A stretch of 63,460 bases of DNA, the filler included, from Olpidium bornovanus S191 (taxonomy: Eukaryota; Fungi; Olpidiomycota): the NCBI GenBank assembly GCA_017911155.1. It is 30 parts of 30 records of this genome, joined end to end, with 100 filler letters (N's around TTAATTAATTAA, not from the genome) between each part and the next. Parts side by side here need not be neighbours in the genome. Positions count along the whole stretch, not along the records: positions 38,688 to 42,626 come from JAEFCI010002515.1; positions 42,727 to 44,556 come from JAEFCI010008728.1; positions 44,657 to 45,656 come from JAEFCI010012995.1; positions 45,757 to 46,972 come from JAEFCI010002264.1; positions 47,073 to 48,366 come from JAEFCI010006186.1; positions 48,467 to 52,392 come from JAEFCI010003191.1; positions 52,493 to 54,407 come from JAEFCI010005155.1; positions 54,508 to 55,709 come from JAEFCI010011276.1; 22 more parts are not named here. The stretch is one strand, 5' to 3'. The translations under genes and the position numbers were made by a program. The notes under the pieces were generated by a model. The model ran no database searches. It had not been told where the DNA came from and saw only the letters and a program-made list of their open reading frames with translations. Positions 42,244 to 54,825 of this stretch are shown one piece after another. How positions within the stretch are numbered: the first letter of the stretch is position 1; each line of letters opens with the position of its first letter.

Positions 42244-42977
42244 GCAACACACCCGCCTTCGAATCTGGCCGCTGTTCCCGGAAACGGCAATCAGCTTGAC
42301 AACAAGCTGCAGGCTGACCAAGTCCCGGCCTCGCAAGTCGTTGCCTTCACTGGCAACGACGAGGCGTGCTCAATCTATGGTTGCCAAGTCAATTACAGGG
42401 TACCTACTTCAAGTCGGACACAGAACGACAGTTCGCCTAGTGCCGCTGCCACAACACGGCCCAGTTGACGTGAAAAATTGACGCTAAATATGTCACTAAA
42501 TGCCACATGGCCGCAAATTAGACCGAATACTTGGGAGTCCTTTGGCCGCTGCCACCGCGGAATACAAAGTCGTCCTCCTATTGTCCATCTTCTACTCGCA
42601 GCTCACGAGGTTTAAACAGCGCAAGGNNNNNNNNNNNNNNNNNNNNNNNNNNNNNNNNNNNNNNNNNNNNTTAATTAATTAANNNNNNNNNNNNNNNNNN
42701 NNNNNNNNNNNNNNNNNNNNNNNNNNCATGCGCCGGGAACCGCCCGAATGTGTTCCTCGAGTGCGCGAAAAAAACAAAACCGCCTGACCTAGGAATGGCC
42801 GACTGCCGGGGTTGCGATACAGCACGGGTGGAGCCAGGGAGGACGCAAAATTCCTGATCGAAGGAAACCGTGGCACAGGTTTCCACATCCGGACAGGTCG
42901 CCCGTGATACCTTATAACGTCTACGACTGCTTATATTTACCGTACGGCAACAGTGACGCACGGCTGCGCCGCCTTCG

Positions 42978-44393
42978 CTACAGGTGGCTGTTGCCGCCAT
43001 GCGTTTCGAGCACCTTCTTGACCAAAGGCCACAGCACCTTGCGGCTCGCGTCGTGGCAGCCTTGCCTATAGAACCAGGCGGTTCGGTCGTTCCCGGCCTG
43101 CACTGAGGATATCAAGGAGAGGCCGAGTTCGCGGGACCGGCACTCGAGGTCCCGCAGCAGGAAGGCGTAGTCCACAACGTCGGGCGGGTAGCAGACAACC
43201 AGCTCCCTGACGAAGCCCTCGGGCAGACCCCTGTCCTGGGCCAGCATGACAAGCAGGACGGTCAGGTTTCGCTCCAGCGAAAAGTCGGCGAGCGACTTGG
43301 CGGCAGACCGGAAACCGGCGTCGGCGCCGGCCGCGCTCGCGCCCTCGCCGCGGCGGCGCGCGGACGCCAGCGCCCAGTGGTCCAGCCGCCAGCCCACGCT
43401 GCTGATCCCGACGCGGTGGGCGACCTTGCCCGGCCCCGGCGCGGCGCCGCCGACCTCCACCGTCCACTCCTTGTAATCCTTGCGCAGAAGGTCGCGGTCG
43501 GACATGCCGCTTATGTCCCTGCGGGCCTCGCACATCTCGCGGTAGAACGCGGCGGTGTCGGACCCTTCGGGCAGCGCGCGCGCGAGGAACCGGTACGCCT
43601 CGAGGTCCTTCTCCGTCGTCCTCCCGAGGTGCGCCTGGAGGCTCACCGTGTCCAGGAGCACCGCGGCCAAAAGCAGCTCGGCCAGCTGCCCGGGCGGCGG
43701 GATGCTGGGCCCCGGCCGGGCCTTCCACTCCAGCGCGACCAGCGACGAAGCCGACCCCACGGGTTCCACGATCCGGGGCTTCGCCCGCGGGTGGTCGCCC
43801 TCGTCCTGGTGGTGGTCCACCAGGGCGGTGACCTTCTCGGCGAGGGAGCGCTGCGACGGCGCGAGGCGGTTGTGGTCGACGAGGACGACGGACGACGCCT
43901 CCGACGGGAGGTCCACCTCGTCGGCGAAGAGCAGGTTCTCCGGGGACACGCCGCAGCGGCGGAGAACGTGGAGCACCTCGGGCCGGAGCCGGAGGTCGGC
44001 GCGTGGGATGTTCACGACGGGGATCACCAGGAGGGCGGCGGGACCCTCGGCGGGAGCGGCGGCGGCGGCGGCGGCGGCGGCGTCCAGACTCAGAAGGTAC
44101 GCGTACCCGATCGCTCCCGCGACGCTGTCGACGTCTGGGCGCGGCGGTCGGGGGCGGAAGCGTCCCGTTCAAACCGGAGGCGCGCGTGGAGCACGCCGAG
44201 GCCCGCTCGCGCGATCTGGCCACCCACCGGCAGCTTCGTTCCCCAGTACCGCGACCGCGTCGGGCCTTCTCCGGGCCGTCCTTGCCTCCGAGAGCCGTGC
44301 TTTCGCGCGCGCGACGAACGAGTCCACGGGCCGTTCCATCGCCGGGGTTCCTTCCGCCTGGTGACGCGCTCGGGACGCGGGCGCCTCCGACAT
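42978..44393 (-). CDS. PPX1: Exopolyphosphatase (DHH/DHHA2, PRUNE family), complete
   Basis: LGNEAA|DVDSVAGAIGYAY...IPVVNIPRADLRLRPE...LVDHNRL...VDHHQDEG...IVEPVGSASSLV...LLDTVSL...DLLRKDYKEW...SRKVLWPLV. Confidence 0.95.
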
Positions 44394-44414
44394 AAGAGTC
44401 CGACGACAACTTGA

Positions 44415-44459
<45 letters not shown>

Positions 44460-44656
44460 GTTCCGGGGGAGGGGGGGGTGTCTCCTTGGTTCCCCCGGTG
44501 GGAGCGGAGGGAGGAGCACGAAGGGGGGGGCAGAGGGGGGTGCGGGCCGGCACGAANNNNNNNNNNNNNNNNNNNNNNNNNNNNNNNNNNNNNNNNNNNN
44601 TTAATTAATTAANNNNNNNNNNNNNNNNNNNNNNNNNNNNNNNNNNNNNNNNNNNN

Positions 44657-45392
44657 CAAAGTGACCAGCGACATCAAGCGTTTCGACCTTGGTCAGCAGT
44701 GCGAGCTGCCGGAACCCGCAGAACCGAAACCCTTGGACTACTGCGGGACATCACCGGGTTGTCGCGTCGGCGACATGTCTCCGGCGTCGTCACGGACCGT
44801 TGTCGCCCCGCCGTCCTGCGACGGCTGCGGCGCGTGTCGTCCGCCGGCGGCGTCGGCGGGCTTCCGGGCGCGAAGGCGCGCGCGGCGGTGCGAATCGCTG
44901 CCCGGCGCCGCCGACCCCGCCCAAATCTCGGCGAGCGACGCGCCGGAGCAGCTGCTGCTGGCCGAGCTGGCGATCTCGCAGAAGCGGGCGGCGGCCGGCG
45001 ACGACGACCTGATTTTCGAAATCGACTCGGAGGGGTCGCCGGTCTTCCGCCGGCGCGGCTCGGCGGGGTCCGACGCGCCGCGGGCGGTGCCGTCGGCGGA
45101 AACCGGCGGGTGCGGCGGCGGCCGCCGCGGGCCGGGACGCGGGACCGCCGAGTTCCGGAGGAGGCCGTCCGAGGACGTCCCCTCGGCGGGCTGGGACGCG
45201 CCGCACCAGTGCCTGCCGCGGTCCCACGAGCACCACGAGCACGAGGGCAACTCCGCGTACCTCGACGACACCACGATGCTCTTTTCCCGGCGCACGTCGG
45301 CGGCGCCGGACGCTTTCGCCGCGGAATCCGACGCGTTCGGCGACCTCGACGATTACTACACCGCCACCGTCGTCGCGCGCGTCGTTTGGTAG
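44657..45392 (+). CDS. Hypothetical protein, C-terminal exon
   Basis: 243-codon open frame with GC3-biased codons ending at TAG before a (GA)n tract; contains DDDLIFEIDSE. Family not recognised. Confidence 0.5.
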
Positions 45393-45603
45393 GGAGAGAG
45401 AGAGAGAGAGAGAGACGGGGCGAAAATAGCCGAGCCGCGCCGAATTTTCCCGGGAAGCAAATCGCGGGAATCCGCGCGAGGGGCACCGCCGGCATTTTTT
45501 TTTCTCTTTTTTTTTTTTTTTGTGTGTGTGCGTGTGTTTTCGACCTTCTCTCGCCTCCACGTGCTCGCGGCCCTTTTTTTTTGTGATATCGCGGTCTCTC
45601 GCC

Positions 45604-45638
<35 letters not shown>

Positions 45639-46202
45639 CGCGGCGGCGGGGGGGGGNNNNNNNNNNNNNNNNNNNNNNNNNNNNNNNNNNNNNNNNNNNN
45701 TTAATTAATTAANNNNNNNNNNNNNNNNNNNNNNNNNNNNNNNNNNNNNNNNNNNNGACACCTCCACGCTCGTTTAAAAGGCCTTTTTAAGGCCTTTCTA
45801 AGGACACCAAGACGACTCAGGTCCGGTCAGCCTTCGCTGAGATCCAACAGTCAGAGGTGATGTTCACTCGGAACATGCTTGGAAGAATTCTACGTGGCGT
45901 ACGTGACGAAGAGCGGTTGGTCAGAACCCCTGAATTTTTGACGCCTTGGAGGGAAGGGCGGAGGGAAGGAAGAACGTCCGGCGGATTTTTTTTTTTTTTT
46001 GCAGCCGCCGGAAGGAAGGGGTGGCGGAGGGAAGGTGTCGTTGTGCCGGGTCTGGGCGGTTTTGCCCTATGAAAAGGTATGGAGGACAGTGGGGGTGTGT
46101 GGCGGCTGATCGGGCGGTGCCACCACCTTTCTTTCCTTACTTCCTTCCTGCCATTCTTCCTTCATACCGTCCTTCGCTGACGGCATCCGCGCGGCCAACG
46201 TT

Positions 46203-46245
<43 letters not shown>

Positions 46246-46510
46246 GGTCGCCGCCGCACATGCCGTAAAACCCGCCTGCATTATTGTACTTGCGTGTAAT
46301 TCGCCGAACGCGTTCTGCGAGGCGACCGCTTGGCCACCCGCCTACGCCCGCGGCTTTCCTCGTCAAACCCAAAGTGGCCGCGGTGTTTTTCCTGACTCGT
46401 AAAAAAAAAAATTCCAATACGATGTAACATGGCGGAGGGGGTGATGGGGGGGAGGAAAGGCATTTACGTGCCGTCTATGCATTTTGTGTTACGAACGAAA
46501 TAAGGCTTGT

Positions 46511-46972
46511 TTATTCGCGCAAAGGCAGGAACGGGAAGGCCGTGCTCGGGTAGACGATGATGTACGGGACGAGCCAGCCGAGCACTCCAAAGACGGTCCC
46601 GGACAGCTTTTCTGAAAAAGGATGGAAGTGAAAGGCGGTGGCCAAGAGCATCACGGGTCCAAAGGGTGAACACAGCCAGAACTGCCACGACGCACAGGCG
46701 TCCCAGGACGCCGCGGTAAATCCAGAGCTTGGCCCCTAAGCCCAGACCGTCGAGTTCTGCCGCACCGCGCCTTTGGGGATCGGCGTCTTTCTTGGCCACG
46801 GCCGCCGCCGCCGTCGCAGCAGCAGCAGCGGACGAGGCCGACGAGCGGAGTAACACGTCGAACAGGCCGCCGGCGATGATCTCCTCCCAGAGGAACAGGC
46901 AGGCGTGGATCAGCATGAAGCAGTGGCCGGAAGAGTCGTAGCCGCCCTCCCACAGGCCGCCGGCGCGCTTGC
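46511..46972 (-). CDS. SCS3: FIT-family (Scs3/FIT2) acyl-CoA diphosphatase, C-terminal part with an apparent 1-nt frameshift
   Basis: GGLWEGGYDSSGHCFMLIHACLFLWEE (C2 motif SGH). After removing one C near 46656 the frame continues WTVMLLATAFHFHPFSEKLSG (C3 motif T..yFH...EK..G) to TAA. Confidence 0.88.
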
Positions 46973-48023
46973 NNNNNNNNNNNNNNNNNNNNNNNNNNNN
47001 NNNNNNNNNNNNNNNNTTAATTAATTAANNNNNNNNNNNNNNNNNNNNNNNNNNNNNNNNNNNNNNNNNNNNATTGTATTAGCCAGTGAGCTAGCGCCAT
47101 GCAGTAGCAGGGCGGACCCAGTGGGTCCCTCGGGGCTGTGTTGGCCCCGGGGCGGTGGCCTCCGCGGCTGTGTTGGCCTCGGGGGTGGTAAATGACCTAT
47201 GGTCCGGGTGGGACCCCGGCTCCGCCCGGATTCCGCCCAGGTCCCACACACCCCCAACAAATGGGTTTGCCCAAGCTTAAGTCAAAGCTGAGATCAGACA
47301 TGGGGTAGTGTTAGCTCTCGCAAGTGCCTACCTTTACCATTTCGTCGGCGGGGAGGTTGGCCAGGACAAATGCAATTTCTTGTTGTTGATTTCCCCAATT
47401 GGGACAGCCAGGAAGTTGAAAATCGACTTCCCACCCCCCCCTCCCCCCAACTCTCTTGCCTAGTCCATTCGCTACAGCCATTTTGTTTTTACCCTCGTCT
47501 CTCCCAGTGGTGAATAAAAAGAGAAGCTTGGCAGACACCTCCACGTGGTGCTTCCTGGGCAATCGTAATCCACGAGGCATCAAAGGTAAACGATTGATCT
47601 ATGCGAAGGGTGTGAAGAGGTGGTGTGGGAGCTGTGGCGGAATCGATCGGTGCGGTGGCCCCGGCGACAATAGCGGTAAGCCGTGCACGGAGGGCGGCCG
47701 CAGCGGATCTAAAGCGGCAGCGGTGCGGGCAGCGGGGCAGACGAAATTTTTTGACGGACGAGAGGCGGAGAACGAGGAAACGTGTTGGACGGTTGGATCT
47801 GCCGCGCTTTGCAAAACGGTAAGCGTGATGCGCAGCCGACCACGAAAGGCGCAATTGATGAAAAAAAGAGCCGGCGAAGCGCGCGAAGAACGGATATGGG
47901 GCGGTAGGACGACAGACGCGTTAAAGCTCTCAGGGAGGCCGAGCGACAGGGGCGGTGTCGGAAGCGGTCGCATTTTTTAGGACCGTCGACGAGAGGCCTG
48001 TTTTTTGAACAATCAGAAATTCG

Positions 48024-48340
48024 TCAGCGTAGCAGCCCGGAAGCAGGAATGGGCCGGTTGACGTGAGACGGCAATAATGGAGAACGGGGAGTGGTCAAAG
48101 CGGTGAGTGCAGAAACGGCAATTTTTATCATCAGCGGTTTGGTCACAGACGACATTGACGGGAACGCCACCTGGGGATCGAGGTCAACCAATTCCAACCA
48201 CATACGGGAATCAAGAGTCAGGCTTACCGGAATGATGACTCGAGGTCGTTTAGTAACCCAGAAGTAGCTGTCGAGCCAGTCGGGAATCATTGCCGTGTTA
48301 GATGCATACGTAATCAATTGGCAATGCGCACGAAAGGGCG
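48024..48340 (-). pseudogene. Possible decayed retroelement RNase H fragment
   Basis: PPFRAHCQLITYASNTA resembles the L.TDAS catalytic start of RNase H; the remainder is not clearly alignable. Confidence 0.3.
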
Positions 48341-49036
48341 GGAAAATGCACGGCCGCTACGTCATGNNNNNNNNNNNNNNNNNNNNNNNNNNNNNNNNNN
48401 NNNNNNNNNNTTAATTAATTAANNNNNNNNNNNNNNNNNNNNNNNNNNNNNNNNNNNNNNNNNNNNCGATCGAACGCAGACGTGGCCGGGCGGAATACAG
48501 GCCGGTTCCCCAAAGCCAGATACGGGAAAGTGCTTCCGCTTGGCGGCCGGCTCCGACAAACTGTTGCCCGCGTGTTCTGATTCATGCCCGCACGTTCAAC
48601 CTTGGCAACTCGGAACGCCCACGGCGCACCGCCACCTAGAGAGGGAAAGGGGTGGTTTGATTATACCACGGCCGTTACAACCAACGCCTTAAAAAGAGGG
48701 GCGGAGAGGGGGGCTCCGGCTGATTAAAAATATTTGGAATAAAAAAAGCGGTTCCGCTAAACATATTACCTTTCCGTTTTTCTCTCCGGTTTCGTGGATG
48801 AGCGGTAGCTGCGACCGGCAGGAAGATGCGAACACCGGTTGGCAAACACCGGTTGGCGAAACAAAAAAGAAATCTCGTGGAGGCAAGCGAAGGCGCTTGG
48901 GGCTTTCGTCCTTCGTGGGAGGCACCGTCGGATCGGGTGGGGTTTGTCACATTCCCGGACATCTTCGTCCGTTTTATTTTTTCTAGGACCCTTCGCCCGT
49001 CGACTGCCGCCTGTGCCTCAAGGGTATAGGATGGCT

Positions 49037-49957
49037 CTAGCGTGGAGAACAGGAGGGGTTCAGGCCGGCCCGCGGATCCCTGGAAGTCCGGAGGTGGTGA
49101 CGAGCGGCGGCAGCGGTGGCCGCCGGCGGGATCGTTGGCTTGGTGGCAGCCGAGGAAGGCGGTGCAGCGGCGGGCTCCCTAACTCCATCAGCAGCAGCCG
49201 AGGGCGGCGGCGCAGCGACGTTGGGGTTGGCCCCGGAACCCCTCGTCCCCTCCTCGTCCGCCGCGAGAGCGCCCGCGGTGGCCGAGGAGCCTTGCCGGCC
49301 CTCGTGCTGGTGGTGGTTGTGATCGGGGTGGTGTGACAGCAGCCCGGACTTGAACCTCCGGGACGCCAAGCCCCGGCGCACCACGTCCGCCAGCGGGTCC
49401 TGGTGCAGCCGCAGACACGCGTACTCGCGCGCCACTCGTTCTCCATCCTTAAGCAGCCGCAGCTTGTTCTTCGGGTGCAGCGGCGAGCTCTCGTCCTCGG
49501 TCTGGAAGTACTGGCGCTGCAGGAGGAGCTTTTGCTGCGTCCGCGAGAGCGGAGCTTGGTGATGGTGTTGGTGTTGCTGCTGCTGCTGGCGAACCGTGGC
49601 GGCTGCGGCGGCGGAGGCGGCGGATGCAGAGGTGGGCGGGTGCAACGGAGATGGAGGACAGTGGAGCTGCTGAAGAGAGGAAGGCGCGTGGTTGGCCGCC
49701 GCATGCGGGCCGATGGCGGCTGCACCGGGAGGCGAGAGCAGGCAGGCGGCGGGGTCGTGGTGGTGGTGCGCGGCGGCGCCCAGGCAGAGGTACTGGCGCG
49801 ACGACGTCGGGGGCGGGTTGACAAAAGTGGAAACGAAGCACTTCTTCGCGGGCCCCGTGGGCGACGTGGGCGGCGACGGGACCGGCGACCTCCTGTGCAG
49901 GGACGGCAGCTTCGAGCCGGAACAGCCGGCGACGCCGCCCACACCTGCCATGGGCAT
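49037..49957 (-). CDS. TCO89: TCO89-domain protein (TORC1 subunit-like), intronless 306 aa
   Basis: SRTQQKLLLQRQYF...LHPKNKLRLLKDGERVAREYACLRLHQDPLADVVRR matches the conserved TCO89 C-terminal pattern as I recall it (SRTQQKL.LQR...ER..REY..VR...DP). The flanks are low-complexity. Confidence 0.6.
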   Translation of the reverse strand: MPMAGVGGVAGCSGSKLPSLHRRSPVPSPPTSPTGPAKKCFVSTFVNPPPTSSRQYLCLGAAAHHHHDPAACLLSPPGAAAIGPHAAANHAPSSLQQLHCPPSPLHPPTSASAASAAAAATVRQQQQQHQHHHQAPLSRTQQKLLLQRQYFQTEDESSPLHPKNKLRLLKDGERVAREYACLRLHQDPLADVVRRGLASRRFKSGLLSHHPDHNHHQHEGRQGSSATAGALAADEEGTRGSGANPNVAAPPPSAAADGVREPAAAPPSSAATKPTIPPAATAAAARHHLRTSRDPRAGLNPSCSPR

Positions 49958-49987
49958 AAACTTCGCGCCGGGCGTTGAGTTTCGCGT

Positions 49988-50032
<45 letters not shown>

Positions 50033-51230
50033 TTTTTTTTCCCGCCTTCCTCCCCATGCTCCTCCTCCCCGTCCCCCTTTTCCCTCTTTCGCCCTTCGCC
50101 GCCGCGCTCGTCAAAAGCGCGCAGGCGTGACGTGAACGGGAGCGGAAAGGAACGAAAACAAAAAAAAAAAAATCTGAAGGTGCTGCGGCGGTTTTCACGA
50201 GCCTGCTCGCGCGAGCACCCCCACCCCCGCCCCCCTCAAGATTACCGCAGACGGGCCCAGACCGGCCCCGATGCGAAGGGCCGGCGTGCTGCGGACGACC
50301 GCCAGGTCAGGAAGTGAGGAGAAGGAGGTGGGAGGGGGCGGGGGGGAGGGGGTGGAAGGTGGGGGGTTGCGAACGTCCGGTCACAGTATCTGCAGATGTG
50401 CCGCCGCTCCCTGGGAATGCGCGTGACAGCCGCGGCTGACGTTTGGGTGCTTCAGTTTTGTTGCGATTCGCCGTCTCAATTTTTTTACCAACACCGAACA
50501 ACTACGATCAGCAAAAAAACAGTTTCCTAATGGAAAATTGTTGTTATTTCAGCTTATGGGAGCAGGTGACATTGGGGTGTTGACAAACGAGATGTACCCC
50601 TCGGTATGACTGGCGCCACTGAGAAGCATGCCATCCTCAACACCTCCTTACTGCTTTGCCGCGACTCAAATTGATTTCACGTTGCGCAGCAATGTTGGTG
50701 GCAAATTTCGTGATAATCACGCGACTTCTTGGTCTCAAAAGCATTCCACCAATCAATCACAAGGTGACATGTCTTGAGCCATTTAACAAAAAAATGCGGG
50801 CTAATTTTCCGGGAGATGGGCGAAGTGCCTGACGGCACTCTGATTCAGAACTAACTTCTCCTGAGCGAGACAATTGTCTGCGCATGCGGCTTTCTCCTGA
50901 GCTCATACGTGAAAAGTGGAAAGAAATACAAACCTTGACGCCAAGACCTGTGGCTCTGGTTGGTTGCGCAGTACGTGGGATGCGTTAAAAATGTGCCGCG
51001 CGTAGTGCCCTGGCCCGTAGTTTCCCGTCATGTAACCCCGTTGTCCACTCCCTCTGGCCCCTCCCTCGCGCAGCGAAATAGAGGCAGCATGTTCAAACAG
51101 TGCGCATTGTTGGCTTGTCCTCCCGTGACGGCACTCCGGAAGCCCGGATTTGCGCTCAACGAACGAGAACGCCAAAGGCGGGAACTCGCACGGAAGACCA
51201 AGGATAGCGGACTCCGCATTTGCTCCGGAC

Positions 51231-51610
51231 ATGGCACTCAGTAATAGTCATATTATTGGGAGATTCAACGGAAGGAACTATGTTACATGGGTTTGTAGTT
51301 TTGAACACTTCCTTAAAAGCCACGGACCATGGAGATGTGCCTGCCCCCAAGCTGGAAGTGATGACGAGACAGGGAGAAGAAGTCAAGCGCTCATGTTAGC
51401 TGTGCCTCCAAATGGGGCCTATGCGGACGACAGCACCCCGGACCCCCCTAGGTCAAAGCGCATTTCCCAGAGAAGGAGCAGAAGTCCTTTGCAACTATTG
51501 CATTTTCCCTAGGCCCTGGGTAATCTGTCTATATCAATCACTGCAAGACAGCCCGGGAGCCATGAGACAAGCTGTGAAGGAGATTTTTCAAAACAAATTG
51601 GGACCAGCTT
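51231..51610 (+). pseudogene. Copia gag remnant, same family as 18385-19007
   Basis: MALSNSHIIGRFNGRNYVTWVCSFEHFLKSHGPW...EKEQKSFATIAFSLGPG*SVYINHCKTAREP*DKL*RRFFKTN versus EKEQKAFATIALTLKPGYSVYIKHCKTAREAWGRLKERFFKTN. Confidence 0.88.
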
Positions 51611-52576
51611 TTTGGGGTGAGTATCAAGGGTAATCCTGACGCTTATACCTGAGGGAGAGAAGCTCGCCGAGATGTAGCAAATGCCCTCTTCAACGCCGGT
51701 GGGGGTCCTTCCGTAGCCAATCTGCGTAGAGGGAGGAAACCGAGACACGGTTAGCATGGTCGCATAGGCCACGCCGATAGGGATGTGTCCTGATGGTTTC
51801 AGCTTGGTCTGCCCCGGCTGTTCCGTCGGCAGGCAGGGAATGCCGTCGTTGTTCCGCGTTGTTTCGCGGTCGTCTCTCTTTTTTTCTCTTTCTTTTTTTT
51901 TTTTTTTTTTTTTTTTGCGACCACCCCCCACGTGCTCGTTTCCGACAACATTACCAAATAAGAAGGTGAACATGATGGTCAATCGAGTCGCGGATATCAT
52001 CGTAGCTTGCGTGGATTCCCTCCTGAAAAAAGAGATGCCGCAATGTCCGAAGCGAGACCACGGGGAGCGGGTTCACGCTATCAGGACCACCATTTCCCTC
52101 CGCCCATCCGCGTTGGACAGCAACGATGTGGGAGTTACATGCGATGTGCGACCTTTTTGCAGACGTCTGGAATGTAGCGCGCCATCAGTATCCTCCCTGC
52201 CCACCGACGTTGACGTCACCTGCGAGACGACCGAGGCGCTGGTCGCGTGCAAGGCACTTGGATCGAAAAACCATGTCGACACGATGGAACGGCACCTGCT
52301 CTGGTTCGAATCGGCGGCGATTCCGAAAGCAGCAAGGAAGGAGCCGGCACTGACGCCGGAAGCGGCGAGGACGGAGAAAGCGGCGGAAACGCNNNNNNNN
52401 NNNNNNNNNNNNNNNNNNNNNNNNNNNNNNNNNNNNTTAATTAATTAANNNNNNNNNNNNNNNNNNNNNNNNNNNNNNNNNNNNNNNNNNNNGAAAAAAA
52501 GAAAAAAAAAAATCACGCGCACCGTGACCCTCTCGATCCGTCTCCTCTCCGCTTTCCCCGCTTACACCCTCTCTTT

Positions 52577-52625
<49 letters not shown>

Positions 52626-52698
52626 TATTTCCCAACTGACCCGCACGCGCACAACGCGCACAACAAAAAAAAAAAAAAAAAAACTTCCTCTTCCCCAG

Positions 52699-54407
52699 TC
52701 GACTCCGCCGTCCGACCTCGACAACATCACCTGGGGCCACCCGAACAACAACACAACCCTTCACCTGGCCGCCTTCCTCGGCGAGCAGGAGGCCGTCCAG
52801 CTACTGCTTGACCGCGTCGCCAAGCCCACCGGCCGCAACGCCCTCAACTTCGCCCCGATCGATGTCGCCGCCGACGACGAGACACGCGCGATATTTCTCC
52901 GCCACGCCGAGGCCGAGGCGAGGTGCCGCCCCCGGAAATTCTTCCGCAAGCCGCCGCTGCCGCGCGCCGCCGGCGAGTCTTCTCCGGAGGGCGACGGCGA
53001 CGGCGCGGACCCTGGCGGAGACCGGCCGTCTCCCGCGCCGGTTTCCGGCAGCGCCGCCGCCGCCGCCGCCCCCGACGCCGCCTCTGAGCCGCGGACGGCG
53101 TCCGGTGTAGGCGCGAACGAGGGGGAACAGGACCAGGACGAGCGTGAGGAGGACAGCGACGGAAATGAAGACGAGGAGGAGGACGAGGAAGGAGGTCGCG
53201 CGACCCCTCGCCCGCCAGAGTCCGCCGCCGCCGGTGTTCCCCGCGGCAGACCCATTTCCACGAGCCCGGAGCGCGACGGCGACCAGACCCCGGTGCGCGC
53301 CTCCGGTCCCGAGTCGCCGAGCCAGAGTCCGCCGCTCAAGGCGGTGTTCTTCGGGCCGACGGAACTCCGGTCGCCATCCGCCCAGCGCGTCGTTCAGCCT
53401 CTTAGACTGAGAAGCAAGGACTCTCCCTGCACCCCGTCGACCGCCACGGCGGCGGCGGAGGGGCCCGTCCGGCGCGAGGCGCGCCCCCCCGTCGACCGGG
53501 CGACGGCGACAACGCTGCCTCCGGCGCGCGCGGACGAGCGGCCGGCGGGCGTTGCCGGGGCAGGCCGTCTCGTCGGAACCGCGGGGACCGGCGGCTCGCC
53601 GTCGACGACATCCGCGCCGCCCGCCGTCGCGAGCTCCTCTCCGCCTACTCCCGCGCCCGCCGTCGCGAGTCCTCCGCCGCCCGCCGCCGGCGTTCCGACA
53701 ACCGGCGAGTCGTGGTGCGTCGTGGAGCCGCTCACCGCGGTACGCGACAACCCGTTTTTCAAGAGGCTCAACGCGCCAGGAGCATCTCCGGCGTCCGTCC
53801 CTCGCCCCCAGTCGCTCATCGAGCAGTGGGAGAGCGCGCGGAAGCTCAAGAAAGAGCTGGCCCGCCGCGAACCCGCCCACCTGATGGCCGGGGGGGGGGT
53901 CACCAGCGAGAAGGCGTGGAAGGAAAAGCGGGAGTTCGGGAAAGCGGAGTCAACCGGGAAAGCGGAGTTGACGGAGGAGGGCGACGGATGCGACGGCGCC
54001 CGGACGCCCGGAACCCGCCACGAAACCGCGGACTCCGAAGGCGACAGAGGCCAGGGAACGGAGAAGAAGGAGGATATGGACGCCGGCCCCGCGTGCGCGG
54101 ACGCCGTTTTGAAGACGCTCCGCGAGGGAGACAAGCGCTCCGAGGTCGAAGGTTTGGCGGTCTGCGCTCCCGCCGCTGCAGACGGATCCGACGGGGAAAC
54201 GGACAGCGAGCGCGAGAGCGCGGCGGACGGAGCTGGATCCGGCGGAAGTACCGGAGGCTGCGGACCCGACTCTGAGGGCGTTCCAAGTGCCGACGACGAA
54301 GTCCCCGACCGCGACGTTTCAGATCCCGGCCCGTGCGCCGCGGGTATCGCGCAGCGGGCCACGCTTCCCGAAATGAACGAGGAGGACGTTTTTCTGGATA
54401 ATCATGC
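52699..54407 (+). CDS. Ankyrin-repeat protein with long low-complexity tail, internal exon
   Basis: After CCCCAG: ...NNNTTLHLAAFLGEQEAVQLLLDRVAKPTGRNALNFAPIDVA (ankyrin T.LH.AA..G....V.LLL). The frame stays open to the contig end (570 codons). Confidence 0.75.
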
Positions 54408-54825
54408 NNNNNNNNNNNNNNNNNNNNNNNNNNNNNNNNNNNNNNNNNNNNTTAATTAATTAANNNNNNNNNNNNNNNNNNNNNNNNNNNNNNNNNNNNN
54501 NNNNNNNCATGCTTCAGGAAAAGGGTCCGGGGGAAGCCCGTCGGGGACGCGTTCAAGGGCGTTTTTCGGGCCGCCGGGGCTGGTTCCTCTCCCTCCGTTT
54601 ACCTTGCCCGCTCGCACATTTGCATACTACGTAGTCTCCTTTTGCTAGTAACTGTTGCGCCTCCTCTCTCGCTTTTTCTTCTTTCTCCTCCTTGCTTTCG
54701 GCTTAGTTTCGTGGCATCCCCCTCTTCAGTAGGTTGGGAATGCCGCGAGGGGGCGGCTGTCGGGCGATTAATGCCCCGGTGAATTATGCGCTTGGCGCAT
54801 AAGGAGGCCCCCCCCCCTGGTTCTA

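Noticed and set aside
43066-45586. Numerous long Arg/Gly/Pro/Ala-rich ORFs overlapping real genes (also 52761-54362 and 57171-58855)
   Set aside because: Shadow frames expected in very GC-rich coding DNA; no motifs, and composition mirrors the true frame.
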